From Lama guanicoe (Eukaryota), in contig MU054220.1 of NCBI GenBank assembly GCA_013239625.1, positions 7,041,367 to 7,105,366 of the forward strand: a stretch of DNA of 64,000 nucleotides, written 5' to 3'. Both the position numbers and the translations under genes were made by a program. Of this stretch, positions 53,100 to 64,000 are shown one piece after another. The notes below the pieces were generated by a model, which made no database searches, was not told the DNA's origin, and saw only the letters and a program-made list of their open reading frames with translations. Numbering within the stretch: the first letter of the stretch is position 1; each line of letters begins with the position of its first letter.

Positions 53100-55672
53100 A
53101 TGTATATATATATATACACACCACAACTTCTTTATCCAGTCGTCTGTTGACGGACACTTAGGTTGCTTCCATGTCTTGGCTATTGTAAATAGTGCTGCTA
53201 TGAATATTGGGGTGCATGTGTCTTTTCAAATTAGAGTTTTCTCTGGATATATGCCCAGGAATGGGATTGATGAATCATACGGTAATTCTATTTTTAGTTT
53301 ATTAAGGAACCTCCATACTGTTTTCCATAGTTGCTGCACCAATTTATATTCCCACCAACAGTGTAGGAGGGTTGCTTTTTATTCACACCCTCTCCAGCAT
53401 TTGTTCCTTAAAGATTTTAACAATGGCCAGGCTGACCAGAGTGAGGTGGTACTTCATTGTAGTTTTGATTTGCATTTCTCTAACAGTTAGTGATGGTGAG
53501 CATCTTTTCATGTGCCAATGGCCATCTGTATGTCTTCTTTGGAGAAATGTCTATTTAGGTCTTCTGCTCATTTTTAATCGGGCTGTTTTTTGTTTGTTTG
53601 TTTTGTTATTGGGTTGTGTGAGTTGTTTATATATTTTGGAAATTAAGCCCTTGTCAGTCACATCATCTGCAAATATTTTCTCCCAGACTGTAGATTGTCT
53701 TTTTATTTTGTTTATGGTTTCCTTTGCTGTGCTAAAGCTTATACATTTGATTAGGTCCCATTTGCTTTATTTTTCTTGTATTTCTATTTTCTTGGGAGAC
53801 TGACCTAAGAAAACATTGGTACAAATTATGTCAGAATGTTTTGCCCATGTTCTCTTCTAAGGGATTTATACTGTCCTGTCTCATGTTTAAGTTTTTAAGC
53901 CATTTTGAGGCAGTTTTGTGTGTGTGTGTGTGGTGTGAGGGAGTGTTCTAACGTCACTGATTTACATGCAGCTGTCCAGCTTTCCCAACACCACTTGCTG
54001 CAGATGCTGTCTTTTCTCCATTGTATATTCTTGTCTCCTTTGTCTCAGATTAATTGACCATAGGCATGACGGTTTATTTCTGGGCTCTCTAGTCTGTTCC
54101 ACTGATACATATGTCTATTTTGTGCCAATACAATGCTGATTTGATTATTGTAGCTTTATAGTGTTGTCTGAAGTCTGGGAGGGTTATGTATCCAACTTTG
54201 TTCTTTTTCCTCAGGATTGCTTTGGCAATTCTCATATTTTATGGGTCCACATAAATTTTTGAATTATTTGTTTTAGTTCTGTGAAAAATGTCATGAGAAA
54301 TTTCATAGGGGTCGTGTTAAATCTGTAGATTGCGTTGGGCAGTATGGCCATTTTAACAATATTAATTCTTCTAATCCAAAAGCATTGGATATCTTTCTAT
54401 TTCTTTGAATCATCTTCAATTTCCTTGATTAATGTTTTGTAGTTCTCAAAATGTGTCTTTCCCCTCCTTTGTTAGGTTTATTCCTAACTATTTTATTTTT
54501 TGATATGATTTAAAAAGGAATTTTTTTTCTTTCCCTTTCTGATATTTCATTGTTAGTATAAATAAACACAACAGATTTCTGTATGTTAATCTTGTATCCT
54601 GATACCTCACTGAATTCATTTATCAGTTCTAGTAATTTTTGTGTGGAATCTTTAGAGTTTTCTGTATATAGCATGTCATCTGCATATGATGACAATTTTA
54701 CCTCTTCTCTTCTAATTTGAATACTTTCTATTTCTTGTTCTTACCCAATTGCTGTGGCTAGGACTTCCAGGACTACTTTGAATGGTGAAAATGGGCATCT
54801 TTGTCTTGTTCCAGTTTTTAGTGGAAAGGCTTTCAGCTTTTTACCACTAAGTATTATGTTGGTTGTGGGTTTGCCATATATGGCTTTTTTTACATTGAGG
54901 TATGTTCCTTCTATACCTACTTGGGTAAGAGTTTTTATCATAAATGGATTTTGAATTTTATCAAAAGCTTTTTCTGCATCTATTGAGGTGGTCATGTGGT
55001 TTCTGGCCTTTCTTTGGTTGATGTGCTGTGTCACATTGACTGATTTGTGTACGTTGAACCATCCTTGTGACCCAAGGATGAATCCAGCTTGATCATAATG
55101 TATGACCTTTTTATGTGTTGTTGGTTTCAGTTTGATACTATTTTGTTAAGAATTTGTGCATCTGTATTCATCAGAGATATTGGCCTGTAATTTTCCTTTT
55201 TGGTATTATCTATCTAGTCTTACTTTAAGGGTGATGGTGGCTTCATAAAATGCCTTTGGGAGTGTTTCCTCCTCTTCAGTCTTCTGAAAGAGTTCGAGAA
55301 GGATTGGTATGAGTTCTTTGTATGTTTGGTAGAATTCCCCAGTGAAGCTGTCTGGTCCTGGACTCTTGTTTGCAGGGAGTTTTTGTATTACAGATTCCCA
55401 GGATTCACTTCTTACCCCAGGTGAATGCAGGTTAGATCAAAGGGTCCTAGTTCATTGTGCAGACTCCGATTCAGTAAAGCTGTCAGGGAGTCCTCAAGAC
55501 AGAGTCAGCTGTCGGAGGAGTCCCTTATCTTACAGAGACAAGCCCAATTTGCTCAATCATTGACTGGAAGCAGCTTGAGTAGAAACAGCCTTGGTACAAA
55601 TGTGGCAACTGATTTCGGAGCCCAGCATCTGTGTCCCCCCTCAACTTGGAGGCCTGTGAGGCACATTCTACA
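52475..55672 (-). mobile_element. MaLR LTR (MLT1G/H-like) split by an L1 insertion
   Basis: Left piece tgtgttagtctaggtttcccaagaagcagacaccaagac (52475-52604). Right piece 55399-55672 (gggagtcctcaagacagagtcagctgtcggaggagtcc...ctaca). Confidence 0.75.
52605..55398 (-). mobile_element. 5'-truncated L1, ~2.8 kb (ORF2 RT domain to 3' UTR), disrupted
   Basis: ORF fragments [20 protein letters not shown]...[10 protein letters not shown] (54741-55034) and YADDMLY...[21 protein letters not shown] (54510-54695). TSD caggatgaacttttt (52590-52604) / caggattcacttctt (55399-55413). (TG)n at ~53057-53118. Confidence 0.97.
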
Positions 55673-56959
55673 ATCTCCTTGCTTTTAAGGATTATGATTG
55701 CTTTTTAAGTATAATTAGCTCATACAATCTTTCAATTTAAAAATAGATCTATTCATAGTACTTGCCAGAATCCTCCAGCTATTGGCTACTGTTGGCTGTT
55801 TATTTGTTTGTATCCTTCTATGTTTTCCACTCTTCACAAGCAGTTAAGGAAAACTTGCCTTCTCCATTTGCTTTTCCTCCCCAAATATTAGAAACAACAG
55901 AAATTCCCCCTAAACATCTAGACCTGGTCCCTCATGCTTCATCATTTTGTGATGCTCACTTCCCGTAAGAAATGTCTCTTGCTCTACCAAGAAAGTCATA
56001 CCTTGATGGAGGAACGTGGTGTCTGTCTCCTCTCCACGGGCTCTGCCTCCTGAGCCCTGTGTGAGCCAGAGCCCATGATTCTTCCTGCCATACCCTTTTT
56101 GATCACATGCTCGCCTCTGTGTCAATGGGACTGGATTTTATGAGTGGAAGGCACAGATCTTGTTCTGTGTAGGAGGTTTTATAGCTGTCTGCCTTCGCTC
56201 TTTCACCAAGGGAAAGTCAAAGTGAGGAAAGCAGTCAAATGAGTCACACGTCAGAATTTATTCCGAAGGGTGCTGGCATTATTACTCTGCATTACGGAAG
56301 TGCTGGCTCTGCTTGCTACCTGAGTCATGATTCAAAGTGGAAACAGATTTGTTTTTTACCATGTTAGAGTAGCAGATAAACTCCAACCCATGTTTTACTG
56401 CCTCTGAGTCTTCCTGCTTCCAGAAATGGAGATCATTGTCCATTTCATCATTTCAGCAGGAGACGTCTTGTGGGCACATGGTACACCTCTCAGAAAGGCA
56501 TGCTAAAGAATGAATGGACGAATGAATGAATGGAATGAGCTTGCTTGAGGAATTTGGTGCCTTAGAATCGTATGTATCATATTTTGTGTTTCCTCTCTGT
56601 TGTAAAAGAGAAACTTTATGCATTGAGTTCTATGATTGGCAGACAACTCACAGAATCAAACCATGTGAGATCTGGAAAGAAACTCACACATGATCTGTTC
56701 TATTCTATTGAAAAAAAAATGAGAATTGAAGGGGAGTGACTAGCCCAACGTCACACAGTTGATAAAGGCAAAGTCTATAACCCACCTTCTTGTCTTTTCT
56801 CTTTCAACTAAAACTGCTATTTTCCCTTTTCGTTTTTTGTAGTTCATTTGAAAGGAAATATTACTGGTTCTCAAAGTTTACAAAAATCCTACCCAAATAT
56901 TCTAAAATCCATTTGAATTCATGAAGACCCAGTGGATTTGCCAAATAAGACTCACTCAA

Positions 56960-57275
56960 GTCATTCATTCATTCATTTAACAAATATTGAGAGTTTATTA
57001 TGTGTCAAGCATTGGTCTATCTGCTCAGAAGATAAAAACACAAAGACAGGCCAGGTCCCTTCCCTCCTGGGGAATATATTTTAGTTCATATTCAGAAAGA
57101 ATGTTTTATCTGTGACTGTCACTCACTGGCTATATGACCTGGGACAAATTTCTCAATCTATCTGAGCGTCATATTTCTTTGTCTGAAAAACTAGTAAATC
57201 CCACTTTACTTTGTTGTTGGAAGACCAAAAAGGTAACATCACTCAGCAGAGTGCCAGGCATGTAACAATAATGTG
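56960..57275. mobile_element. L2 tail (minus) followed by MIR (plus)
   Basis: tcattcattcattcatttaacaaatattgagagtttattatgtgtcaagc; then actcactggctatatgacctgggacaaatttctcaatctatctgagc. Confidence 0.8.
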
Positions 57276-57647
57276 GGCTGGCTTTCCTCCGTATCAAGCC
57301 TGGGTATTCCAGTTGCCCTGATTTCTGCCCTTTTGTTTTTCCTCTTTTTGGACCTGCAGAGTGGTGGAAGGTTTGCCCTGGGCAATCTTTTGCCTGCTTG
57401 CTAATTTTCAACTGCATTGACTTTATTTCTGTTCCATGAACACTCCTAGCTCCTTCTTCCTTTAGTGTCTTTGGATCTGACCCTCTGCCTAGAACATTCA
57501 ATCCTCCCCACCCACTTCCAGGCCTCCTATGGCCTTTTGTATCAGCCTTACTCCTGCTTATCTTTACTCTGAATTTAATTATCACTGGGCAAGAAGTCCT
57601 TCTGTTACTTCCCAGGCTAAGTCAGATCTTTGCTACACATTCTTACG

Positions 57648-58689
57648 CAGGTCCATTTACATGACTTGCTGAGCCCAACCCCAAATGAAAATGTGTTCAA
57701 AAAACAAAACAAAAGCATTAAGAAAAGCAAGTTATAAAGATTTTTTTCTTCTTCTTCCTTCTCTCTTGACTTTTCAGGGTGTTTTTTATTTATTATTCAA
57801 TGTTCTAAGTAAAGAAAAAGTTAAAATTTGTAATTATTAGCATTACTTTAATAAATTATTAAATTATAGTGCACAGCTTTAAGTTATTATATTTTGACAT
57901 TTATCATTATTGTGTGCAAAGCTAGTTTTCATGGCCAATGAGCTTAATAGGAATTACCCAATTCTTATTTTGTCGCTCATACATGCGTATGTATTTCCTT
58001 CTTACTAGAACAGAGGAAATGTTGCACAAAACTAATTAGATTTTTTTAATCTTATTTCTTGATATGCACACATTCTATCAACGTTCTCTACTTTCAACTT
58101 ACTGATGGATAAAAAAGGACAGAAAGGAAAAGGAGCTATGGGTTACTCTTTCCTCCCTTTTGCTTCAATGTCATCGCATCCAGCATAAGTGATTGGCTGA
58201 TACAGGGAGGTAACGTGAATAAGGAAGAATATGATAGAGTTGCTTGGTCCTTCATGTTTCTTTCAGTGTCATTAGCCTCTTTCTACGTTCCAAGTAAGTT
58301 CTGGTTAGAACAGGAAGTGTTGCCTCCAAGGGCCGTCAGTGGGCTTGCTTACTCAGTCTTAGATGTCACATACTCATCTCCTATACTCTTACACTCTTTT
58401 AAGTATCACCAAATTCCCAATACCCTACGCTCATCAGAATTCTGTGCTACCTATGGACGGGGCAGTGAGCAATGGTGGAACTCACGTTCCTTGGTGCCTC
58501 TGCACATGTGCATGTTCCATTACACCAGTGGACTTAATTATGACACAATTTCAGATTTTTAAGTTTGATCGTTTTAATTATCAAGAATTTCAAGACAGCA
58601 ATGGGAGAGCATCAAACCAATTCTGCAGCCTCTCTGAACATGAACTCTCATGAGACTATTGAGAGTCTATGCCTGGGAAGCTGGCCTTG
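57648..58689. mobile_element. MER45B-like hAT-Tip100 DNA transposon, inserted in an L2
   Basis: Ends caggtccatttacatgacttgctgagccc...aaatgaaaatgtgttcaaaa and gcctgggaagctggccttg match MER45 termini; 1042 bp. L2 sequence continues on both sides (~57420-57647, 58690-58880). Confidence 0.75.
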
Positions 58690-60199
58690 ATGACAGCACC
58701 CTGTGCCTTTTTGTTTAAATTGAATTCCTTGTAACATTTGTAATGATACAGTCATGAAATTATTTGGTTACCGCATGCCTCCATGTTTAAGCCACAAACT
58801 GCATGAGGGCAGTGATCTTATAACTTCTTACTTACCTCTCCTTCAGTAAATATTTTTGAGTATATGAATAGAGAGAGAGATGAACATGGATGGAAGGATC
58901 AGGAGTGTGAAATCTTTATAAACAAAATCAAGGAATGACTTGAAATTAATGACAAGAATGAATATTAGTGTACAGAGTTAGATTTTATAGATACCTTCTT
59001 GAGCTGTTTATTCCCCTCCTCCTTGGAGTTACGTTTTGCTTTCTAATTCTGTGTGCTCTGCTTGATCAAACCTTAGTCATGAAAAGATTGAAGATACTGC
59101 TGTCCATTCTAAGAGACTCCTTCTTCTTCCTGAATGTGTGTGTGTTTCAAACATCATCACACACATACATAGAAAAAGCTGTCCATTTCATTAGTACTAG
59201 ATTTCATGTTATTCACGTTCCAAAAGGGAATGTTTCTTCTATTTTTACAGGCCTTACATTATTAGCCACTCAGAGGGAAATAACGGTTCATTTAACTATG
59301 ACAAAAACAATAGAGACCCGTTGCTTTTTGCTTTCTTTTGTACAAATTCTAATGCATTTTTAACTCCACCCCACCAGTTGGCAAATCAGCCATTACAGTC
59401 ACCACTGCCCTGTAATGCTTTTCAGTCATTTTTAATAAACCCAGACTTTAAGATGGCTTATTACTATCTCCATCAGCTACTAGAAAGGGACGCTTTTCCT
59501 GAACCGCTGGGTCCTGCAGAATTCTAGCTAATGAAAGTGGATTTGAAAACACTATTCAATTAAACCAATCTGCTGAGATTTGTCTTTTTGTTGCTTTTGT
59601 TTTTTAGCCAAATTTAATGTTCAGCAAAATCTGTAATCTCACATTCTGACCTTTGCAGAAGTTACTCATTTAATTGACAATCCTCTGGCTCCCAGTGCTT
59701 TTGCTTCCATTCTTTTGCAGCATGATTTCAATAGAATCCATCTAATCATGCAAGTCTAGAATTTCCATAAAAGTTAAATGGAAAAGGATAGCTTAAACAC
59801 AAATACATTTTAATTATTTTTAGCCATAAAGGGAGAAACAATACAATATACAAATGTTAGTACATAATCATCTATATAAAGTCAAATGAATGAATAAGTT
59901 TAGCTGTAATATTCATATAGTAGAGAAATTAACACAGAATTGTGACAAGGGTGCATTCACCTTAGATTTTGAATTATACAAAAATTCATAATTTAAAGAT
60001 ACAAGTAATGACCTCGGAGTTGTGAAGACTAGATTTTTATTATTATTTCTGCCACTGGTATGATCTGATATTGATTCGAAAGTATTTGTGGCATCAGGAG
60101 TATAGTGGTGAACAAGGATAACATATTTCTGTCCTTAAGGAACTTAACAGTAATGGTCAGTGACTTAAGCAAGTCCTTTTCCCATCCTGAGTTGTTCTG

Positions 60200-60960
60200 G
60201 CTTTAATACAACATTCATTTAATTATACAAATATCTTCTGGATATTTACTAGAGATTGTCAGAGTGTTATATGAGGTACAAAAATAAATTTTACATAGCT
60301 CCTAATTTCAAGGAGCTTATATTCTACACATAAATAACTATGAAGATAAGATACATGAAGCACCACAGAAAGATCTAGCTAAGATGCTATAGGAATGAAA
60401 AATAAAGAGGATTTTCAAATCGTGAAATCAAGGCTTCCTTGACTAAATAACTTCCAAATTGAGTCTTAGGAGCTAGAAAAGATTTGTAGGTGTTGAGGTT
60501 GAGGAGAAAATGGGAATTCTAAGAGAGGATAGTAGAAGTCTTGAGGAGGGGGAGACTCAGGCAAGTATGTAATATGATCCTGTAGGCTGAGTATAGTGTG
60601 TGTCTGCTTTTTTGTGTGCTATTCTCCCTTCCTTTAAGGGCCTGGGCTGGTGAAGTTGTCACTTATAATGAGACCCAGTCCAAATACTGCCTTGTCAATG
60701 CAACCTTCTAAGCCTTTCCTCACTATCCCTTTTCAAAAGAACCAGTCACCTCCTGCCATGGACCACAGTGTGATACTTAATGTGCTATATAGTCTGGCAC
60801 ATAAATATAGTCTCATATTTATTTATGATTCCATTAGTCTCATCAGATTTCAAGTTTCATCAAGGTAAGTACTACGTCTGGCTTTTTAATCCTCTCCATT
60901 GTATAGATGGGTTCTGGCTAAATTGATGCTGAATTGAATTGAGTTGAAATTGTGAGAAAA
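60200..60960. mobile_element. L2 relics (two orientations)
   Basis: acattcatttaattatacaaatatcttctggatatttact...caaggagcttatattcta; then ccattagtctcatcagatttcaagtttc...tgctgaattgaattg. Confidence 0.6.
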
Positions 60961-61045
60961 TGCGATTGCAGCTATAGATTGGCTTGAGGGTCTAGAATGC
61001 CATCTTACACCACTGAAACCTTTTGTCCTGAATATAATAACTGTA

Positions 61046-61046
<1 letters not shown>

Positions 61047-61094
<48 letters not shown>
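61047..61094. repeat. (AAT)n microsatellite at the tail of an antisense MIR (~61095-61320)
   Basis: About 16 perfect TAA units, which explain the poly-Ile ORF 60886-61110. Confidence 0.97.
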
Positions 61095-61095
<1 letters not shown>

Positions 61096-61338
61096 TTTGG
61101 TTCTGGGCACTATTTTAAGTGCTGTGCCAACTTTATTTTATATAGTGTTCAGAACAATCCAGTGCCATAGGCAATACTGTTACTCCTGTGTTAGAGAACC
61201 CGAGGCCTAGTGTTTCAGGAATGGTCCCAGAATCAGAGCGAGTCAGGGATGGAGCCAGAATTTGAACCCCTGTAACTTGACTCCAGGAAAAATGTTGTGA
61301 ACTGCAGTGCAGAACTGTGCTTTAGAAAAAGTAATTTT

Positions 61339-61499
61339 TTGTGGGGAGTAGGGTGTAGCTCAGTGGTAGAGCGTGTGCTTGGCATGCGTGAGGTCCTAGG
61401 TTCAATCCCCAGTATCTCTGTCAAGAAAATTAAAATAAATTAAATAAATATATAAATGAATGAATAAACTTAATTACCTCTCCCCTCCAGCCCCAAAAA
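61339..61499 (+). mobile_element. tRNA-derived SINE, Vic-1-like (camelid)
   Basis: ggggagtagggtgtagctcagtggtagagcgtgtgcttggcatgcgtgaggtcctaggttcaatccccagta carries A box and B box, then an AT-rich tail. Perfect 15-bp TSD agaaaaagtaatttt (61324-61338, 61500-61514). Confidence 0.93.
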
Positions 61500-62194
61500 A
61501 GAAAAAGTAATTTTGCAGAAATATTCAAGGTGAATCAGAAGGAAGGGAGCCAGTCAAGGATCTCAACCTGGAGATAATTGGACAAAATGATTATGGTGAT
61601 GGAGGTAAAAAGGCCAGAGTATTTGTTGTTCATTCAAAATTAAAAGAGTTGATGAATTAGTCCATGCGGGGAGGAGAGAAGTGTAAGCTTGCGCAATGTT
61701 GAGCCCACCTAAGTGGGACGAGGAGAGTCTTAGTCACACGCAGGGAAATAGAAAACCAGGAAAGAAGCAAGTTTAATAGGAAAGATTAGATAATTCTGTG
61801 ATCGATGGTGCAACTTGTTTATTATTTATAAATTATTCAAGCCTGAGTGTGGTATCCTTTAGTGATTCCTGCTCCTCAGGGAAAAGGCGTTGTTTATGAA
61901 AACAATACAGTTTATTATGTGCCATTGTTCTCATTTGTATTCTGGTTTTGTGGAGATATTTTTTTCAAGATGAAGTCATGACTTATTTTGGAAAATAAAC
62001 ACCATATGTGGAAGTTGTTTTTGTTGGAGGTTTAGAAGGAAAGCTAGAATTTTCACAAAAATGTGCTTCAAAAGGGGGACAGACCATTGTAGCAAAAATA
62101 AGGATGTTCACTCTTGGTTTTCTCAATGAATAACTGAAAAAAAAATCCAATATTTTATTTGAGAAAATCAGTATCCCTGTATGTTTTTTAACCT

Positions 62195-62375
62195 CAAAAA
62201 AGTTGCTCAACCTCAATAAATCTATTCCCTCACCTGTAAAATGGGAACAATATTGGGTGTAACCTCACAGAGCTTTGGTGAGCATGCAGGGAGATAGTGT
62301 ATGTGAAATGTTTGCATAGCATATATCATATGGGAAGCCCATAAAAATAGTAGCTCCCACTATTATATCATTACT
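62195..62375 (+). mobile_element. MIR SINE
   Basis: ccctcacctgtaaaatgggaacaat...taacctcacagagctttggtgagcatgcagggagatagtgtatgtgaaatgtttgcatag. Confidence 0.85.
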
Positions 62376-63757
62376 GTCAGTTCTTACATTTACTGAATTT
62401 CCTCACTGTCTGTGCCTCACTGGAGAAATATGACAGTGCCTAATATTTGTTGAAAAGTAACATATAACTGTTGTTTTAGAACCATAATTATGATAATCTT
62501 ATTCTTTCTTGGAGCCTGCAACACTTAACATTTGCTTTATCTTACAGTTTGAGATGCAGAGAAATAGGGACTGACTTGTAGACTTTTTATAGTCAGAATT
62601 TATATTTTGTATTATTCATTCAGTACTCTGGGTTTGATGTAAAAACAGTAAGGAAAGAGAGAATAAGATAAAATGGAAAAAAAAAAAAAGAATGAAATAT
62701 ATCCTAAGAGCTTCACCACGCTCAGATGCTGGAACACATGGAACTATAGTGTTGTTATTTGCAATAACCAAATGGGATTTTCTAATGACGTACATTTTTG
62801 ATGTGTTTAATTCCATCTTAAAATCTGGGAACAATCTGACTACATTAAAACATTACTGTGCAAATTAAAAACACAATAAAATCACAGCACTGTGAATGCA
62901 AGTCCACCAAAACTAAAAGTGCTTGAACTAAGTAAGCATGTGTGAATTTTTCTGAGGTTTTCCAATAACAAGTTTTGCTACCCATTTTATTATCTTTTAA
63001 TGAGCAAGCTGTTTAACACAATAAAAATTCATAAAAATGTATAACAAAATAATATAAACTGGAGTCAATATTATCAATCAGTTTCTCTCTTCTTTCCCTT
63101 CAAAATGGGAATACTGACATTGTTGGGTTATTTTTTCTTTCTTTCTTTCTTTTTTTTTTTTGTAGCTAGAAAACACAGTCCTATTTGTCAACCACCAGCG
63201 TTCCGCGTGAGCCTAGTTTCTGAATCACAACATAGAAGTATGAACAGCAAGGAGAAGCCCTACTTAAGGGTAAGGCGGGTTTATGTGGCTTTAATTGCAA
63301 CACTTTAAAAAAAGAGATAGCGGTGATATATTCCCATGGGTATAATAAGAATCAACGGTGAGATTTAGCTGCCAAGAAAGCTAATTAGACAGCCTACATT
63401 ACCAGCAAAATTCTCTCTAGAGCAAAAGAAATGACATTTCTTCCTGCTCTGTAATCTAAAGGCAACACCTAGATTACCGGATTCAGTTCAGAATATAGAA
63501 CTTTAACTTGGGTAGAAATAAACAAGAGCACTTTCAGGAGTTTGCCACCAGTACCATGAACAGCAAGCACCAACATGTGCCTCGTTTCTACACCCTGAAA
63601 ACCGAGACCCCCAAACCCAGCAAACCTCTCTTGATACAGTCCTCCATTCATCAGGAAAGGGGGGAATCAAAGAGGACGGGGCAGAGTGAACTCAATAAAA
63701 TGTAAACGTGCTATTTAGTAGCTGGAGATCCAACCGAACGCCTATTGGCTACACCTA

Positions 63758-64000
63758 CAGAGCTCAGTATGGTAGCTGCCAGCCATAGGTGGTCATGAGA
63801 ACTTGAAATATGGCTAGTCTGAATGGATAGGAGCTATAGATGAAATGCACACTAACTTTTAAGGTTTCGGTATTAAAAGATGTAAAATATTGCACTCTCA
63901 ATTTTTATATTGATTACATGTCAAGATCACGTTTGGGGCATCTTGACTTAAAACAGATCATTTCATTTTACTCATTTCTGTTTACAGTTTTTAATGTGGC
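63758..64000. mobile_element. MER33 hAT-Charlie element, runs off the window end
   Basis: cagtatggtagctgccagccataggtggtcatgagaacttgaaatatggctagtctgaat...atttttatattgattacatg...ttttaatgtggc follows the MER33 consensus. Confidence 0.85.

Noticed and set aside
53011..53803. 159 and 143 aa ORFs
   Set aside because: Antisense frames of L1 ORF2/3' UTR.
61343..61420. Possible tRNA gene
   Set aside because: No proper acceptor stem; the AT-rich tail and TSD show it is a SINE.
1..64000. CRISPR arrays, operons, rRNA, non-retroviral endogenous viral genes
   Set aside because: None seen. The sequence is mammalian repeat-rich DNA, and no ORF resembled viral or prokaryotic proteins that I recognise.

Overview
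Mammalian non-coding genomic DNA (intronic or intergenic), AT-rich and with no CpG island. It is most likely from a camelid (alpaca/llama/camel): there is a tRNA-derived SINE resembling Vic-1 at ~61.3-61.5 kb, and I saw no Alu, B1, Bov-A, PRE-1 or Can-SINE. No host protein-coding exon can be supported. The only ORFs with recognisable protein similarity are broken LINE-1 ORF2 fragments. The window is dominated by transposable elements: a structurally complete but old non-autonomous class I ERV (8871-14093, minus strand; two LTRs, tRNA-Ser PBS, PPT, 4-bp TSD, decayed gag zinc knuckle, no recognisable pol/env), a solo LTR, several L1s (one with a twin-priming 5' inversion, one 2.8-kb copy nested in a MaLR LTR), MaLR/MLT2 LTRs, hAT DNA transposons (MER58A, MER63, MER45B, MER33) and many MIR/L2 relics. 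Between the repeats are unique islands with clustered transcription-factor motifs. The most coherent is a candidate MEF2/E-box/TATA promoter with a short coding first exon at ~37.0-37.3 kb. Family names come from recalled consensus sequences and repeat boundaries are approximate. I found no convincing evidence of a new biological system.
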